DNA from: a virus
Lineage: Duplodnaviria; Caudoviricetes
DNA: 40,117 nucleotides
Virus record (IMG/VR): IMGVR_UViG_3300033067_001922
Location: 1 to 40,117 of that record
Direction: 5' to 3' (one strand)
The notes beneath the pieces are model-generated. The model did no database searches. It saw only the letters and a list, made by a program, of their open reading frames with translations, and was not told the DNA's origin. The position numbers and the translations under genes were made by a program. Shown here piece by piece: positions 15,418 to 24,762 of the stretch; the first letter of the stretch is position 1, and every line of letters starts with the position of its first letter.

Positions 15418-16224
15418 ATGAAATTGGCAAATTTCTGGAAGTGGATTCTAAGGGAGTCCAGCAACGAGCTGTCCTACTACGGTCTTGATCAGTTCGTTGC
15501 AGGGAAGCCCATGGTTCTCTACCACGGAACCACCTCGGAGCTAACTTCCTTTGACATCAACAAGTCCCGGAAGGAACTCGTTGACAAGTTCACGGGTGTT
15601 GGGATCTTCCTAACACCTTCAAAGAAGGTAGCTTGGGACTACGCAACGAGCTCCAGGAACAAGGGGTTTCCAGAATCCCTTGTTGGCGACCTGAAGAAGG
15701 TGAACAAAGGAGCAGGGGAATTCCTGGAGTTCCTTGTGAAACACGGTCAACCCGGCTGGGAATTGTTTTGGAAGAAACACAACCTCATGAGGGATAACCC
15801 ACCACCAGGAGAAGGCCAGCTCGACACGGAGCGGTTCAAGTCAATCCTTGGGGACGTTGATCCCAATACCATCATGGACGTTGCCCAGCACGTCATTGGA
15901 ACGGCCTACGAATCTCCAAAAGGTGATGACAACGGACTGCTCGATCTTTTTGGTGGCACTTCCAGTGGAACCCCGGACTGGCTCTATGCCAGCTTGGACG
16001 AGCTTGGGCTTGACTCGTCCCGATACCGTCCAAAGGTCTATAAGGTATCAGCCCACGGGACCAGGGTTTTGGTGACCTCCAACCAAGAAGAAGCCAAAAG
16101 CGCCTTTGCCAATGGCTATGATGCCTTCGTTTTCACAGGAGAAGACTTGGTTGGTGGAGTTCCTGAAGTGGCAGTGTTGGATGGTTCACAGGTAAACATT
16201 TTGGACGTTCAGGTGGACTCATAG
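15418..16224 (+). CDS. ADP-ribosyltransferase-like protein (YHGT...GIFLT type)
   Basis: VLYHGT...FD, GVGIFLTPSKKVAWDYA, VYKV, GYDAFVF and EVAVLD. Confidence 0.7.
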   Translation: MKLANFWKWILRESSNELSYYGLDQFVAGKPMVLYHGTTSELTSFDINKSRKELVDKFTGVGIFLTPSKKVAWDYATSSRNKGFPESLVGDLKKVNKGAGEFLEFLVKHGQPGWELFWKKHNLMRDNPPPGEGQLDTERFKSILGDVDPNTIMDVAQHVIGTAYESPKGDDNGLLDLFGGTSSGTPDWLYASLDELGLDSSRYRPKVYKVSAHGTRVLVTSNQEEAKSAFANGYDAFVFTGEDLVGGVPEVAVLDGSQVNILDVQVDS

Positions 16225-16228
16225 CCAC

Positions 16229-17038
16229 ATGAACACTGTCGCAGTTTACCGAGTCCTCTACGGAGAGGACTTCATCAAGGAATCTATCGAGTCCATCCTC
16301 CCGCATGTAGATCATGTGTACGTTGTCAAAGCCGAAAAGCCCTGGGGACACACCCTCGGCGTGACTTACAAGGGTCAATGGGTTGACTGGCCCGAGAAGT
16401 TCGACAACACACGGGAAAAGATCGCCGAACTCAACAGTGAAAAGGTGACGATCATCAACGATTACTGGCCGACACCCAGGAATCAACTCACCCACATCGT
16501 GAATGACTTGATCCTCCCTCGATGCAAGCCAGACAGCGTGGTATTCATCGAACCCGATCACGTCTTCACAAAGGAACAAGCCGAAGCAGCGTTCACTTGC
16601 TGGGGACTCTATTCCGGCGTACAGGCTTCAACCAAGCAGATTGAACTCTGGAGAACACCGGCCTTTGCTGTGCCTGAAAGGCCCAGGAGAACGTCCGTTG
16701 TCTTCCATAGGATCTTTGGACAGAGGATGGGGGAGACAGGCTTCAATGGGGCTTCTGAGGGCATTCACAGGCTTCCTGCCACAGTGCACAACCTTGGTTT
16801 CTGCCTTTCCGAGAAGACGATGTACTGGAAGCACCTCACTGCGTTGGCCTTCTCCAGGATTGTTGGTGATTCACCTCCAAACGAGGATTGGTACGAGTCA
16901 AAGTGGTTGAATTGGGACTTCAAGACCAACAACCAAAACTTGGAAATCTCCCTTGGTTACGAGTGGATGATCCCCCATGCTGAGCCTTACGACACTTCCA
17001 AGCTGCCAGAAAGCATTCGGAAGCGATACGGCTACTAG
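16229..17038 (+). CDS. Glycosyltransferase-like protein (GT-A)
   Basis: AVYRVLYGEDFIKESIESILPHVDHVYVV, FDNT, FIEPDHV and VHNLG. Confidence 0.7.
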   Translation: MNTVAVYRVLYGEDFIKESIESILPHVDHVYVVKAEKPWGHTLGVTYKGQWVDWPEKFDNTREKIAELNSEKVTIINDYWPTPRNQLTHIVNDLILPRCKPDSVVFIEPDHVFTKEQAEAAFTCWGLYSGVQASTKQIELWRTPAFAVPERPRRTSVVFHRIFGQRMGETGFNGASEGIHRLPATVHNLGFCLSEKTMYWKHLTALAFSRIVGDSPPNEDWYESKWLNWDFKTNNQNLEISLGYEWMIPHAEPYDTSKLPESIRKRYGY

Positions 17039-17046
17039 TTAGCCAT

Positions 17047-18048
17047 ATGGCGGAAGACTTGACTAAGTTCCTAGAGGACGTTGCGCGTGCTGAAGTTGAT
17101 AAACTCAAGCCGCTTTACGGAAGCAACTTTCGTTACGACCTTGATCGCTTCACTCAAGAAGAAAATGGGTTGTCGCTGTACGGGGTGCACTACTCGCAAA
17201 ATGAAAATTTTGCCATCTTCCCACAAACTGGATATTACCCAAAAGGCGTCTACTTCTACTTCCTTTCCAACACCTGCGAGGCTGGAAAGGGAACTGGATT
17301 TGCAACTGATCGAAAGTGGGCAAATATCGGCAAGATCAACAATGATCGGATGCTGATTATCAAGTCGGGACACCCGCGAAACTTCTCTGAGGCTGACTAC
17401 AAAAAAGCAGTCTCCAAATTGAAACGTATTGTGCGGAAACTTCCAGAGCCAACGATCAAGCCTGGAGAGCATAGGGAACAATCGGTTCCAGCCGTACAAC
17501 TCTTCAACCTCCTACATGCTATTGAAGCCAGCGGAAAGGGGTTGACAAACAAGATACTCCATTCTCTCGGGTATGATGGAGTCGTCGACTACGACGGCGC
17601 TTTGCTGCCTGTTGAGAGTTGCCAAGGAGTGATGACTTGGCCTGGGAGCTTCTCTTTTGTTCATTCCATTCCTACTCCGCGCGCATCAAACAATCCAGGA
17701 TATGATCCAATGAAAAGGATCGCACGGATGCAGGCCGGATTGAAGGCTATGAAGCCCGGAACATTGAAGCTGTCCTTTGATGAGCTAGAAAGCTGGAAGA
17801 TGATGAAGCCGAAAACAAGCGGAAATCCGTATGCGTTCGGTGATTTGCTACAGTATTTGCTAACAGCTTTGGATTTCCGCAGTGGGGATGCTTGGAAGTG
17901 GGTTGAATGGTATGAATACGGCGAAAGAAACTATGACAGCCTAGAACAGAACCCAACAACACCGAAAGAGTTCTGGGAGAGAAACATCTACGCCACCGAT
18001 CCAGGACTAAGAATGGCAGCTCGCGACCACACTGGTTTCAATAAGTAG
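17047..18048 (+). CDS. Paralog of the N-terminal ART-like domain of 6983..8689
   Basis: YPKGVYFY...GFATDRKW...ILHSLGYDGVVDYDG...ESCQGV parallels the blocks in the 6983 protein. Confidence 0.6.
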   Translation: MAEDLTKFLEDVARAEVDKLKPLYGSNFRYDLDRFTQEENGLSLYGVHYSQNENFAIFPQTGYYPKGVYFYFLSNTCEAGKGTGFATDRKWANIGKINNDRMLIIKSGHPRNFSEADYKKAVSKLKRIVRKLPEPTIKPGEHREQSVPAVQLFNLLHAIEASGKGLTNKILHSLGYDGVVDYDGALLPVESCQGVMTWPGSFSFVHSIPTPRASNNPGYDPMKRIARMQAGLKAMKPGTLKLSFDELESWKMMKPKTSGNPYAFGDLLQYLLTALDFRSGDAWKWVEWYEYGERNYDSLEQNPTTPKEFWERNIYATDPGLRMAARDHTGFNK

Positions 18049-18101
18049 CGATCATACATTCCCCCTTTTGACCATGAGACTTGGCCGAAAAGGATCAAAG
18101 A

Positions 18102-19535
18102 ATGCCGATCGTCAAAAAGGTTGAACCAGTTGTCGAGCCGCTTGAGAAGAAGACCATTCTCTTCTTGTCCGACCACCCCCTTGCACCCTCTGGAGTTGGT
18201 GTCCAGGCAAGGATGTTGATTGAAGGCTTGCTGAAGACTGGCAAGTACCGTTTCCTTTGCTTTGGTGGAGCTCTGAAGCACCACCACTACGGAATTGGTC
18301 AGGTTACCCCTGACTTCATCATCAAGCCCGTTGACGGCTTCGGAGACAGGGAGACGGTTCGAAAGGTTCTGATGACCGAGCGCCCTGATGCTGTTTTGAT
18401 CTTCACCGATCCGCGTCAGTTCATTTGGCTTTGGGAAGCTGAGGACGAGATTCACCAGCTTTGCCCAATCACCTATTGGCACGTTTGGGACAACGATCCA
18501 TTTCCAGTTTACAACCGGGTTTGGTACGAGTCGACTGAGTTGGTGAACTGCCTTTCTCACAAGACCTACGAGATGGTGAAGCCACACTTCCCGGAAGAAG
18601 GCAAGGTGAACTACATCCCTCACGCCTTCCCGAAGTCGATGTACTTCCCTATTCCAGAGAAGGATAGGGCTGAGCTTCGCCGTGGAAACTTTGGAGCTCG
18701 GGCAGATTGGTTTACTGCTCTTTGGGTAAACCGAAATGCAACGAGGAAGCTCCCTTCCGACGTGCTTGAATCCTGGAAGCTGTTCCTGGACAAGTTGGAG
18801 AAGGAAGAGGGGCACCGCAAGGCTCTCTTGGTGATGCACACCGATCCAGAGGACCAGGAAGGTCCAAACCTTTACATGGTCCAGGAGCTTCTCGGACTCC
18901 AGAACAACGTTGTGTTCTCGACGAACAAGGTCGAATTCCAGCAGATGAACCTGTTGCACAACATGGTTGACTGCACCATCAACATTGCAAAGAATGAAGG
19001 ATTTGGACTTTCCACCCTCATTTCCTTGCAGTGCGGCAAGCCGATTGTTGCCTTGAAGACGGGCGGATTGACTCGTCAGGTGGTTGACCACCGAGATGGA
19101 ACAGAGCTTGGAGTTGCCATTGAGCCTGTCACCCGCAAGATGGTTGGCTCTCAGATGGTTCCGTACATCTACGAGGACTTTGCTTCTCAAGAAGACGTGG
19201 CAAACGGTTTGATGAAAATCTACCGCACGACACCAGAGGAAAAGGTTGCCTTCCAAGAAAAGGCAACTGCCTACGTGGACGCGGAGTTCAACTACGAAAA
19301 GATGATTTCTGAGTGGGATAGGACACTTACGGAAACCATTTCTTCCTGGGAGGCAAAGAAGAAGAAGGAGAGGAAGTGGGCTTTGGTTCCATTGAATGTG
19401 GCGGTACCGAACATCCCGGCAAACATCGTCAAGGAAGCTCCTCCATCTCCCCAAGTCAAGCCATTGGGCAAGCCACTGAAGAAGATGGACCCGGCTATTC
19501 TCGCTCGTTTGAGCAATGTCAAAGGAAAGAAGTGA
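18102..19535 (+). CDS. Glycosyltransferase family 4 (GT-B)
   Basis: ILFLSDHP...SGVG, NRNATRK and NEGFGLSTLISLQCGKPIV. Confidence 0.9.
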   Translation: MPIVKKVEPVVEPLEKKTILFLSDHPLAPSGVGVQARMLIEGLLKTGKYRFLCFGGALKHHHYGIGQVTPDFIIKPVDGFGDRETVRKVLMTERPDAVLIFTDPRQFIWLWEAEDEIHQLCPITYWHVWDNDPFPVYNRVWYESTELVNCLSHKTYEMVKPHFPEEGKVNYIPHAFPKSMYFPIPEKDRAELRRGNFGARADWFTALWVNRNATRKLPSDVLESWKLFLDKLEKEEGHRKALLVMHTDPEDQEGPNLYMVQELLGLQNNVVFSTNKVEFQQMNLLHNMVDCTINIAKNEGFGLSTLISLQCGKPIVALKTGGLTRQVVDHRDGTELGVAIEPVTRKMVGSQMVPYIYEDFASQEDVANGLMKIYRTTPEEKVAFQEKATAYVDAEFNYEKMISEWDRTLTETISSWEAKKKKERKWALVPLNVAVPNIPANIVKEAPPSPQVKPLGKPLKKMDPAILARLSNVKGKK

Positions 19536-19537
19536 TC

Positions 19538-20707
19538 ATGAAATCAGTGTTGTTTCGCGCCCCAGTGCTGTCGAAGTCCGGTTACGGTGTTCACGCCCGT
19601 CAGATTGCCAAGTGGCTCTTTTCCAAGGAAGAGGAGCTTGACCTTGACATTACCGTTGAAGCCTTGAATTGGGGCGGTACTGGTTGGATTACAGACGTTG
19701 AGGCTGAGGATGGATTGGTTGGACGTGTTCTCCAGGCTACAACCAACGTCAAGCCATTCTACGACGTGACGATTCAGCTCCAGCTTCCCAACGAGTGGAA
19801 CCCAATGCTTGGGGCATTCAACATTGGAATCACCGCAGGTGTTGAGACGGATCTCTGCTACCCAGGTTGGGTTGACGCTGTCAACAACATGAACTTGGTT
19901 ATCGTCCCGTCCGAGTTCACAAAGGAAACCTTCCTTCGTTCTGGAGATGTTGGCACTCCAATTGAGGTTGTCCCGGAGTCCTTTGTTGACGAGGTTGTTA
20001 CGAGCGACAAGCCCCTTGACCTTGACCTTCCAACGAAGTTCAACTTCCTTGTTTTTGGTCAGGTTACAGGCAACAGTCCAGAGACGGACCGAAAGAATAT
20101 CCCTTACACCCTCAAGTGGTTGGCCGAAACCTTTGCCAATCGCCCTGACATTGGGGTGATCCTCAAGACGAACATGATGCGCAACACGAAGCTGGACCGC
20201 CATGCTTCCACTGCCATTTTCTCGCAGTTGCTCATGAATATCGTAAAGGGGCCTGGACCTCGGTTCTATCTCCTGCATGGAGATATGAGCAACGAGGAAG
20301 TCGTCGGGCTCTACAAGCACCCCAGCGTGAAGGCATTGGTCACTCTTACCCACGGTGAGGGTTACGGCCTTCCAATCTTGGAAGCGGCTGCCTGTGGCCT
20401 GCCTGTGATTGCTCCAGCTTGGTCTGGCCACATGGAGTTCATGAAGCATGGGAAGTTCATCCAGGTTGCCCACGAAGTGAAAGAGATTGATCCGGGTCGA
20501 GTTGATCAAACCATCTTCAGAAAAGAAGCCAAGTGGGCGTATCCCATTGAGGCAGATGCCAAGCACAGGTTGGCGAAGTTCGCTGAGAGTTCAGAGCTCC
20601 CAAGGCAATGGGCTCAGGAGCTCAAGAGCAAGCTTTTGCCTCTTTACAGCTTTGAAGCTGTTTCTGCGATCTACGACAAAGTGCTCACAGAAGCACTCAA
20701 AGGCTGA
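19538..20707 (+). CDS. Glycosyltransferase family 4 (GT-B)
   Basis: SGYGVHAR, IVPSEFTK, DRKN and HGEGYGLPILEAAACGLPVIA. Confidence 0.9.
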   Translation: MKSVLFRAPVLSKSGYGVHARQIAKWLFSKEEELDLDITVEALNWGGTGWITDVEAEDGLVGRVLQATTNVKPFYDVTIQLQLPNEWNPMLGAFNIGITAGVETDLCYPGWVDAVNNMNLVIVPSEFTKETFLRSGDVGTPIEVVPESFVDEVVTSDKPLDLDLPTKFNFLVFGQVTGNSPETDRKNIPYTLKWLAETFANRPDIGVILKTNMMRNTKLDRHASTAIFSQLLMNIVKGPGPRFYLLHGDMSNEEVVGLYKHPSVKALVTLTHGEGYGLPILEAAACGLPVIAPAWSGHMEFMKHGKFIQVAHEVKEIDPGRVDQTIFRKEAKWAYPIEADAKHRLAKFAESSELPRQWAQELKSKLLPLYSFEAVSAIYDKVLTEALKG

Positions 20708-20710
20708 TCT

Positions 20711-21052
20711 ATGGTTGGAATTCTGATTTTCCTACTGTTTCTGATTTTGCTGCTCGGAACTGGGCTTGTGGTTGCGCTATTTTACCTGTGGCGCTTTGCA
20801 AACATCGTTCTGGTGCTGGAAGACGACATCTCAGATGCACGGGAAGTTTTCCTTAGTGCCGAGGAGAGTTTGGAAAGCTGCCTTTCGCAGCCAATGTTTT
20901 TTGATTCCCCACAAGTTCAAATGGCGACAATGGAGGCTTTGCTAGGCGTTCGTGCATCGAAAGTGGCGATTGGCAAGCTGATCCATAAGTTCACCTTGCG
21001 CAGCAAGCAAAAGTTTGACGTTGTGGAGGAGAGAGAGGATGACGACGAATGA
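20711..21052 (+). CDS. Membrane-anchored hypothetical protein
   Basis: About 25 hydrophobic residues at the N-terminus. Confidence 0.7.
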   Translation: MVGILIFLLFLILLLGTGLVVALFYLWRFANIVLVLEDDISDAREVFLSAEESLESCLSQPMFFDSPQVQMATMEALLGVRASKVAIGKLIHKFTLRSKQKFDVVEEREDDDE

Positions 21053-21819
21053 CTCAATCCCCCACGCCACCACCAAGAAAGAAGATCACCAGGAGAAAGC
21101 CTGGGGAGAAGAGCTCGAAGTATTACTTCGATGACAAGACGCAGGATGCGATCATTCGCTTCCAGGAAGCGGTTATTGTCCAGCCTGACGGCTCAACAAA
21201 GCCGGATAGCAAGGCAAGGGATAAGATTTACGCCACGGAAATCCTCCCTGCCTTCTCGACCTTGATCGAGAATCTGATCAACGTCTACGGCTACCATGCG
21301 ATCTTTGAAAGTCGAGATGACCTCAAGAATGAATGTCTTGAGTTTCTCTACGGGGTAATCGACAAGTGGAAGAAGGAGCGTGGGTCAAAGGCTTTCGCTT
21401 ACTTCAACATCGTGGCAAAGCACTGGCTCACTATCAAGAGCAAGCAGGCCGCAAAGATCGTACAGAACTACGTGTCAATTGACAACCGGGACGCCCTGTC
21501 CAGGCAGGATGTGCAAGCGATTGAGGATTACAACGTTCTCCCATCACCAGAAGACGTGATGACCAACCAGGACTATGCCAAGAACCTGAAGGCGCTTCTT
21601 GCGGCTCTTCAGGACAAGGTGAAGACCGACAACGAAAAGCTCTGCCTGAAAGCTATCAACACAATCGCCGACAACATCGACGAAATTGAGATTCTCAGCA
21701 AAAGGGCAGTAATGCTCTACATCCGGGAAATTACCGGAATGACTGGCAAGCAACTATCTATGGTCTTGTCCTCCCTGAAGAAGCAGTACAAGGTTGTGAA
21801 GGAAGAGGTATTGAAATGA
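21049..21819 (+). CDS. Putative phage late-transcription sigma factor (gp55-like)
   Basis: YYFD, DDLKNECLEFL...DKW...SKAFAYFNIVAK resemble sigma region 2 of T4-like gp55 proteins. Located just upstream of the structural genes. Confidence 0.65.
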   Translation: MTQSPTPPPRKKITRRKPGEKSSKYYFDDKTQDAIIRFQEAVIVQPDGSTKPDSKARDKIYATEILPAFSTLIENLINVYGYHAIFESRDDLKNECLEFLYGVIDKWKKERGSKAFAYFNIVAKHWLTIKSKQAAKIVQNYVSIDNRDALSRQDVQAIEDYNVLPSPEDVMTNQDYAKNLKALLAALQDKVKTDNEKLCLKAINTIADNIDEIEILSKRAVMLYIREITGMTGKQLSMVLSSLKKQYKVVKEEVLK

Positions 21820-22247
21820 GGGAAGTTGACGTAGACGAAACGAAGTTTGACGGACCAACACCAACAGAGCTGCACAAGCAAGCTGCTCAGCAAATGAACG
21901 ACTTCTCGTCCTTGCTTGACAGCTTGAACAAGTTGAAGGACAAGAAGAAGCGACTCTGGCAACTGATCTTCGAGAACGCTGTAACGGATCGTAGAAATGC
22001 GTATGTTGCATTCGTTGATCTCTATTCCCAGGTCCACTCTTCCCACGAGAAGCACGCAGTTCACGGCCAGAACCTTTCAAAGTACCTGGAGCGTATGGGC
22101 AAGGCAACGGACCAGCTCTTGAAGTTGGCCGAGCTTGTTGCCGCCGCCGAGGAGAAAGAGGTTCCCGAGGAGAGCGATGATGGGCTGCCTGAAGACTCAA
22201 ACGGGGATATTTACTCGCAAATCCAAAACCGCAAAGGCAAGAACTGA
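21816..22247 (+). CDS. Helical hypothetical protein
   Basis: ATGA-coupled ORF with an acidic C-terminus. Confidence 0.7.
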   Translation: MREVDVDETKFDGPTPTELHKQAAQQMNDFSSLLDSLNKLKDKKKRLWQLIFENAVTDRRNAYVAFVDLYSQVHSSHEKHAVHGQNLSKYLERMGKATDQLLKLAELVAAAEEKEVPEESDDGLPEDSNGDIYSQIQNRKGKN

Positions 22248-22274
22248 CTTTCAGTTCATCCTCTACCTATTCGC

Positions 22275-23939
22275 ATGGGATCAAGAGGAGAAAATATTGG
22301 TCGCCGCCTAACCGGTGGTGTAAGCCCAAACGACACAACACAGCGCACAAGGGAATGGCTCCAGGGTGGGGCTGCACCATTCCTACAACGTGCTGTTGTG
22401 GTTGAGGTTTTCTACGATCCAACTTCCTTGACACAGGAAGAGTTGGAACGTCTACAGGACACTGTGGTAAATCCTGAACTCGTTGAGGGAATGCCGGTAA
22501 ATTCCATTCTTGCCAGGATGGTTACGAACAGCCAAGACCTTGGTACTCCAAGCCTGTTCGTCTTCTTCCCCCTGTTCTCCTCTCACTTCCAATTGCCAGC
22601 AAAAGCTGGTGAGCAAGTGATGGTTCTTTTTGAGGACTATTCGAGGATGGGTGGAGCTGTTGGATACTGGCTGACTCGCCCTATGGCAGTCCGTCAGGTC
22701 GAGGATGTTAACTACACCCACGCGGACCGTGTATACGATCCTTACAACCATCCCATGGCAATCCCAAGGGGAATGGTAAGTTCCCTGACAGCCTCAGCTC
22801 CAACGTTCCCAAATGGGGCTGGGACGCCAGAGTCTTTCTCCTTGCAACCATCGGGTTCTGGCAATCCGTATGACGCCATTGTGAACAGTTCCAAGGCGAT
22901 GAAGCAGTTCACCTTTGAGCCCGTTCCACGCTTCAGGAAGCGTCCTGGGGACCTCCTTATCCAAGGTTCGAACAACTCCATGGTTCTCCTTGGAAGCGAC
23001 CGTACAGGGCCTTCCACGAAGGTCTCGGGGTCCCAAGGAAAAGATATTGTTGAGTTCGCAGGCGTCGTGGACATTGTCACCGGTTTGGGCTCCATTCGGA
23101 AGCTCCCAACTGACCACAGGTCTGATCCAAACCAGTACAGCCCAACAGCTCCCAGAGTCATTGAGAACGTGCGAGGTAAGAAGGAAGTCTACAAGACCCC
23201 TTACAAGAGCCAGAAGGTTGACAATCCAAAAGAAGGTGACCCGGACTTTCTGAGGGACCTATCCCGCTTGTATCTTGCCATGAAGACCAAGGGGGATTTG
23301 AACTTTGGTATTCAGTTCGGAGGGAACAGCGGGATTCTCCCGAACTCCGAGAACTACTTTGGCACCGCTGTTATTGACTTGCCGTCTCAAAACCAAGATG
23401 GGCAGCCATTTGCTGTCTTGAAGTCTGAGCAAGTTCGTTTGATCGCCAAAGGCAAGGACGCAGATAATGGCCCATCCGAGAGCGGAGAGATTCGCTTTAT
23501 CAAAGAGGGTACAGTTAACGACAAAGACCTCTCAGTCTTCGTGATGTCGAAAGATGGACGTGTCCTGATGATGGGGAAGGATGTTCAAATTCAAACCCAC
23601 CAGGACGGGAAGGTGCTGCTGAAGTGTAAGACCGCTGAGGCATCCGACGCTGATCCTATTGTCCTTTACTCCAAGTTCAAGGAGTGCGTCGAGGACATCT
23701 ACTCCAAGCTGAACGAGCTTAGGAATGAAACAGCAAATCAGCTTGCCAATGTCGCAAACAATGGTCTTTCCGTTGTGAATGCAGCCGGTCCATTCAGCCC
23801 AATCCCTGGATTGATTGGAGCAAAGGCATCGCTTTTGGCAGCTCGTGGTAGTTTGCAATCCCTGAACTTGGACTTCAGGCCAAAGATTGCTCCATGCCGT
23901 TCCAAGTGGGTATTTGTGAACAAGGAAAACCAGTCATGA
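22275..23939 (+). CDS. Putative baseplate hub/central spike protein (gp5/VgrG-like)
   Basis: OB-fold-like RAVVVEV...FPL...LPAKAGEQVMV...YW, GDLLIQGSNNSMVLLG beta repeats, and position directly before the gp25-like gene. Confidence 0.6.
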   Translation: MGSRGENIGRRLTGGVSPNDTTQRTREWLQGGAAPFLQRAVVVEVFYDPTSLTQEELERLQDTVVNPELVEGMPVNSILARMVTNSQDLGTPSLFVFFPLFSSHFQLPAKAGEQVMVLFEDYSRMGGAVGYWLTRPMAVRQVEDVNYTHADRVYDPYNHPMAIPRGMVSSLTASAPTFPNGAGTPESFSLQPSGSGNPYDAIVNSSKAMKQFTFEPVPRFRKRPGDLLIQGSNNSMVLLGSDRTGPSTKVSGSQGKDIVEFAGVVDIVTGLGSIRKLPTDHRSDPNQYSPTAPRVIENVRGKKEVYKTPYKSQKVDNPKEGDPDFLRDLSRLYLAMKTKGDLNFGIQFGGNSGILPNSENYFGTAVIDLPSQNQDGQPFAVLKSEQVRLIAKGKDADNGPSESGEIRFIKEGTVNDKDLSVFVMSKDGRVLMMGKDVQIQTHQDGKVLLKCKTAEASDADPIVLYSKFKECVEDIYSKLNELRNETANQLANVANNGLSVVNAAGPFSPIPGLIGAKASLLAARGSLQSLNLDFRPKIAPCRSKWVFVNKENQS

Positions 23940-24262
23940 GTGTGACAAAGAAGCAATTTGAAGAAGCCATGAAGCAGGCCCAGTTGAATATCGCAGACTT
24001 TGAGCCAACTTCCTCATTGCCAGCTTCTTCCAATGGATCATCCCAGGGAGAGGTTACGGTTGACATTCAAGCTGCAAAGGGGGAGTTCGCATCCAAGGCA
24101 GCCTCGGAGCTAACAACCGCCCTATTTGACCACATCAAGGAAATGGCAAAGGACGGTGCCAGGAGCGAGATTGATACCCAGCAGATCATTCAGAAGCTCT
24201 CAAACCTTGAGACGCAGCTCCAAGCCATTCAACAAATTCTCACGAGAAACAGCCTTTCGTGA
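23936..24262 (+). CDS. Hypothetical protein (coiled-coil C-terminus)
   Basis: ATGA-coupled ORF inside the baseplate cluster. Confidence 0.65.
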   Translation: MSVTKKQFEEAMKQAQLNIADFEPTSSLPASSNGSSQGEVTVDIQAAKGEFASKAASELTTALFDHIKEMAKDGARSEIDTQQIIQKLSNLETQLQAIQQILTRNSLS

Positions 24263-24280
24263 TTCTGAATAGTTAAGCAC

Positions 24281-24754
24281 ATGGCTCTTCAAGACTTCAA
24301 GAACGTCGGAATCCGTGAGTTTCAGACTCAGAACGTCCGCACCACCCGACAGAGTGTCCTGCCAATTGGAATCAAGACACCAGTTGAGTTTGGCGGTAAT
24401 GGCGAAGGTCTCTTTGCCATGCACACCAATGTCCAGGATGCTGTACACGACAACTTGAGAAACCTCTTGTTGACCAACTTTGGTGACAGGCTGGTTCACT
24501 ATGACTTCGGAGCCGATCTTCGGCCTCTGGTAGCTGACTTCTCTTCCAAGGACGAGTTCGACGAGGAGGCAAAGATCCGCATTTATACCGCTGTGGCAAA
24601 GTGGATGCCGTTCATCTCCCTTGTCGGCTTCGATTCAAGACCAGAGTTCATCGACAACAGGTACACCGGAAAAATTGTTCTCCTGGTAATCTACAGCGTT
24701 CCACAATTGGGTGTCACGGAAAAGGCACTGGAAGTGCTCCTCTACGTTATTTAA
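24281..24754 (+). CDS. Baseplate wedge protein, gp25/GPW-like
   Basis: DNLRNLLLTNFGDRLVHYDFGADL...AVAKWMP signature. Confidence 0.85.
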   Translation: MALQDFKNVGIREFQTQNVRTTRQSVLPIGIKTPVEFGGNGEGLFAMHTNVQDAVHDNLRNLLLTNFGDRLVHYDFGADLRPLVADFSSKDEFDEEAKIRIYTAVAKWMPFISLVGFDSRPEFIDNRYTGKIVLLVIYSVPQLGVTEKALEVLLYVI

Positions 24755-24762
24755 GGTGAATC

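Noticed and set aside
17988-20566. 488-aa and 340-aa minus-strand ORFs
   Set aside because: Antisense shadows of the two GT4 genes, consistent with codon bias.
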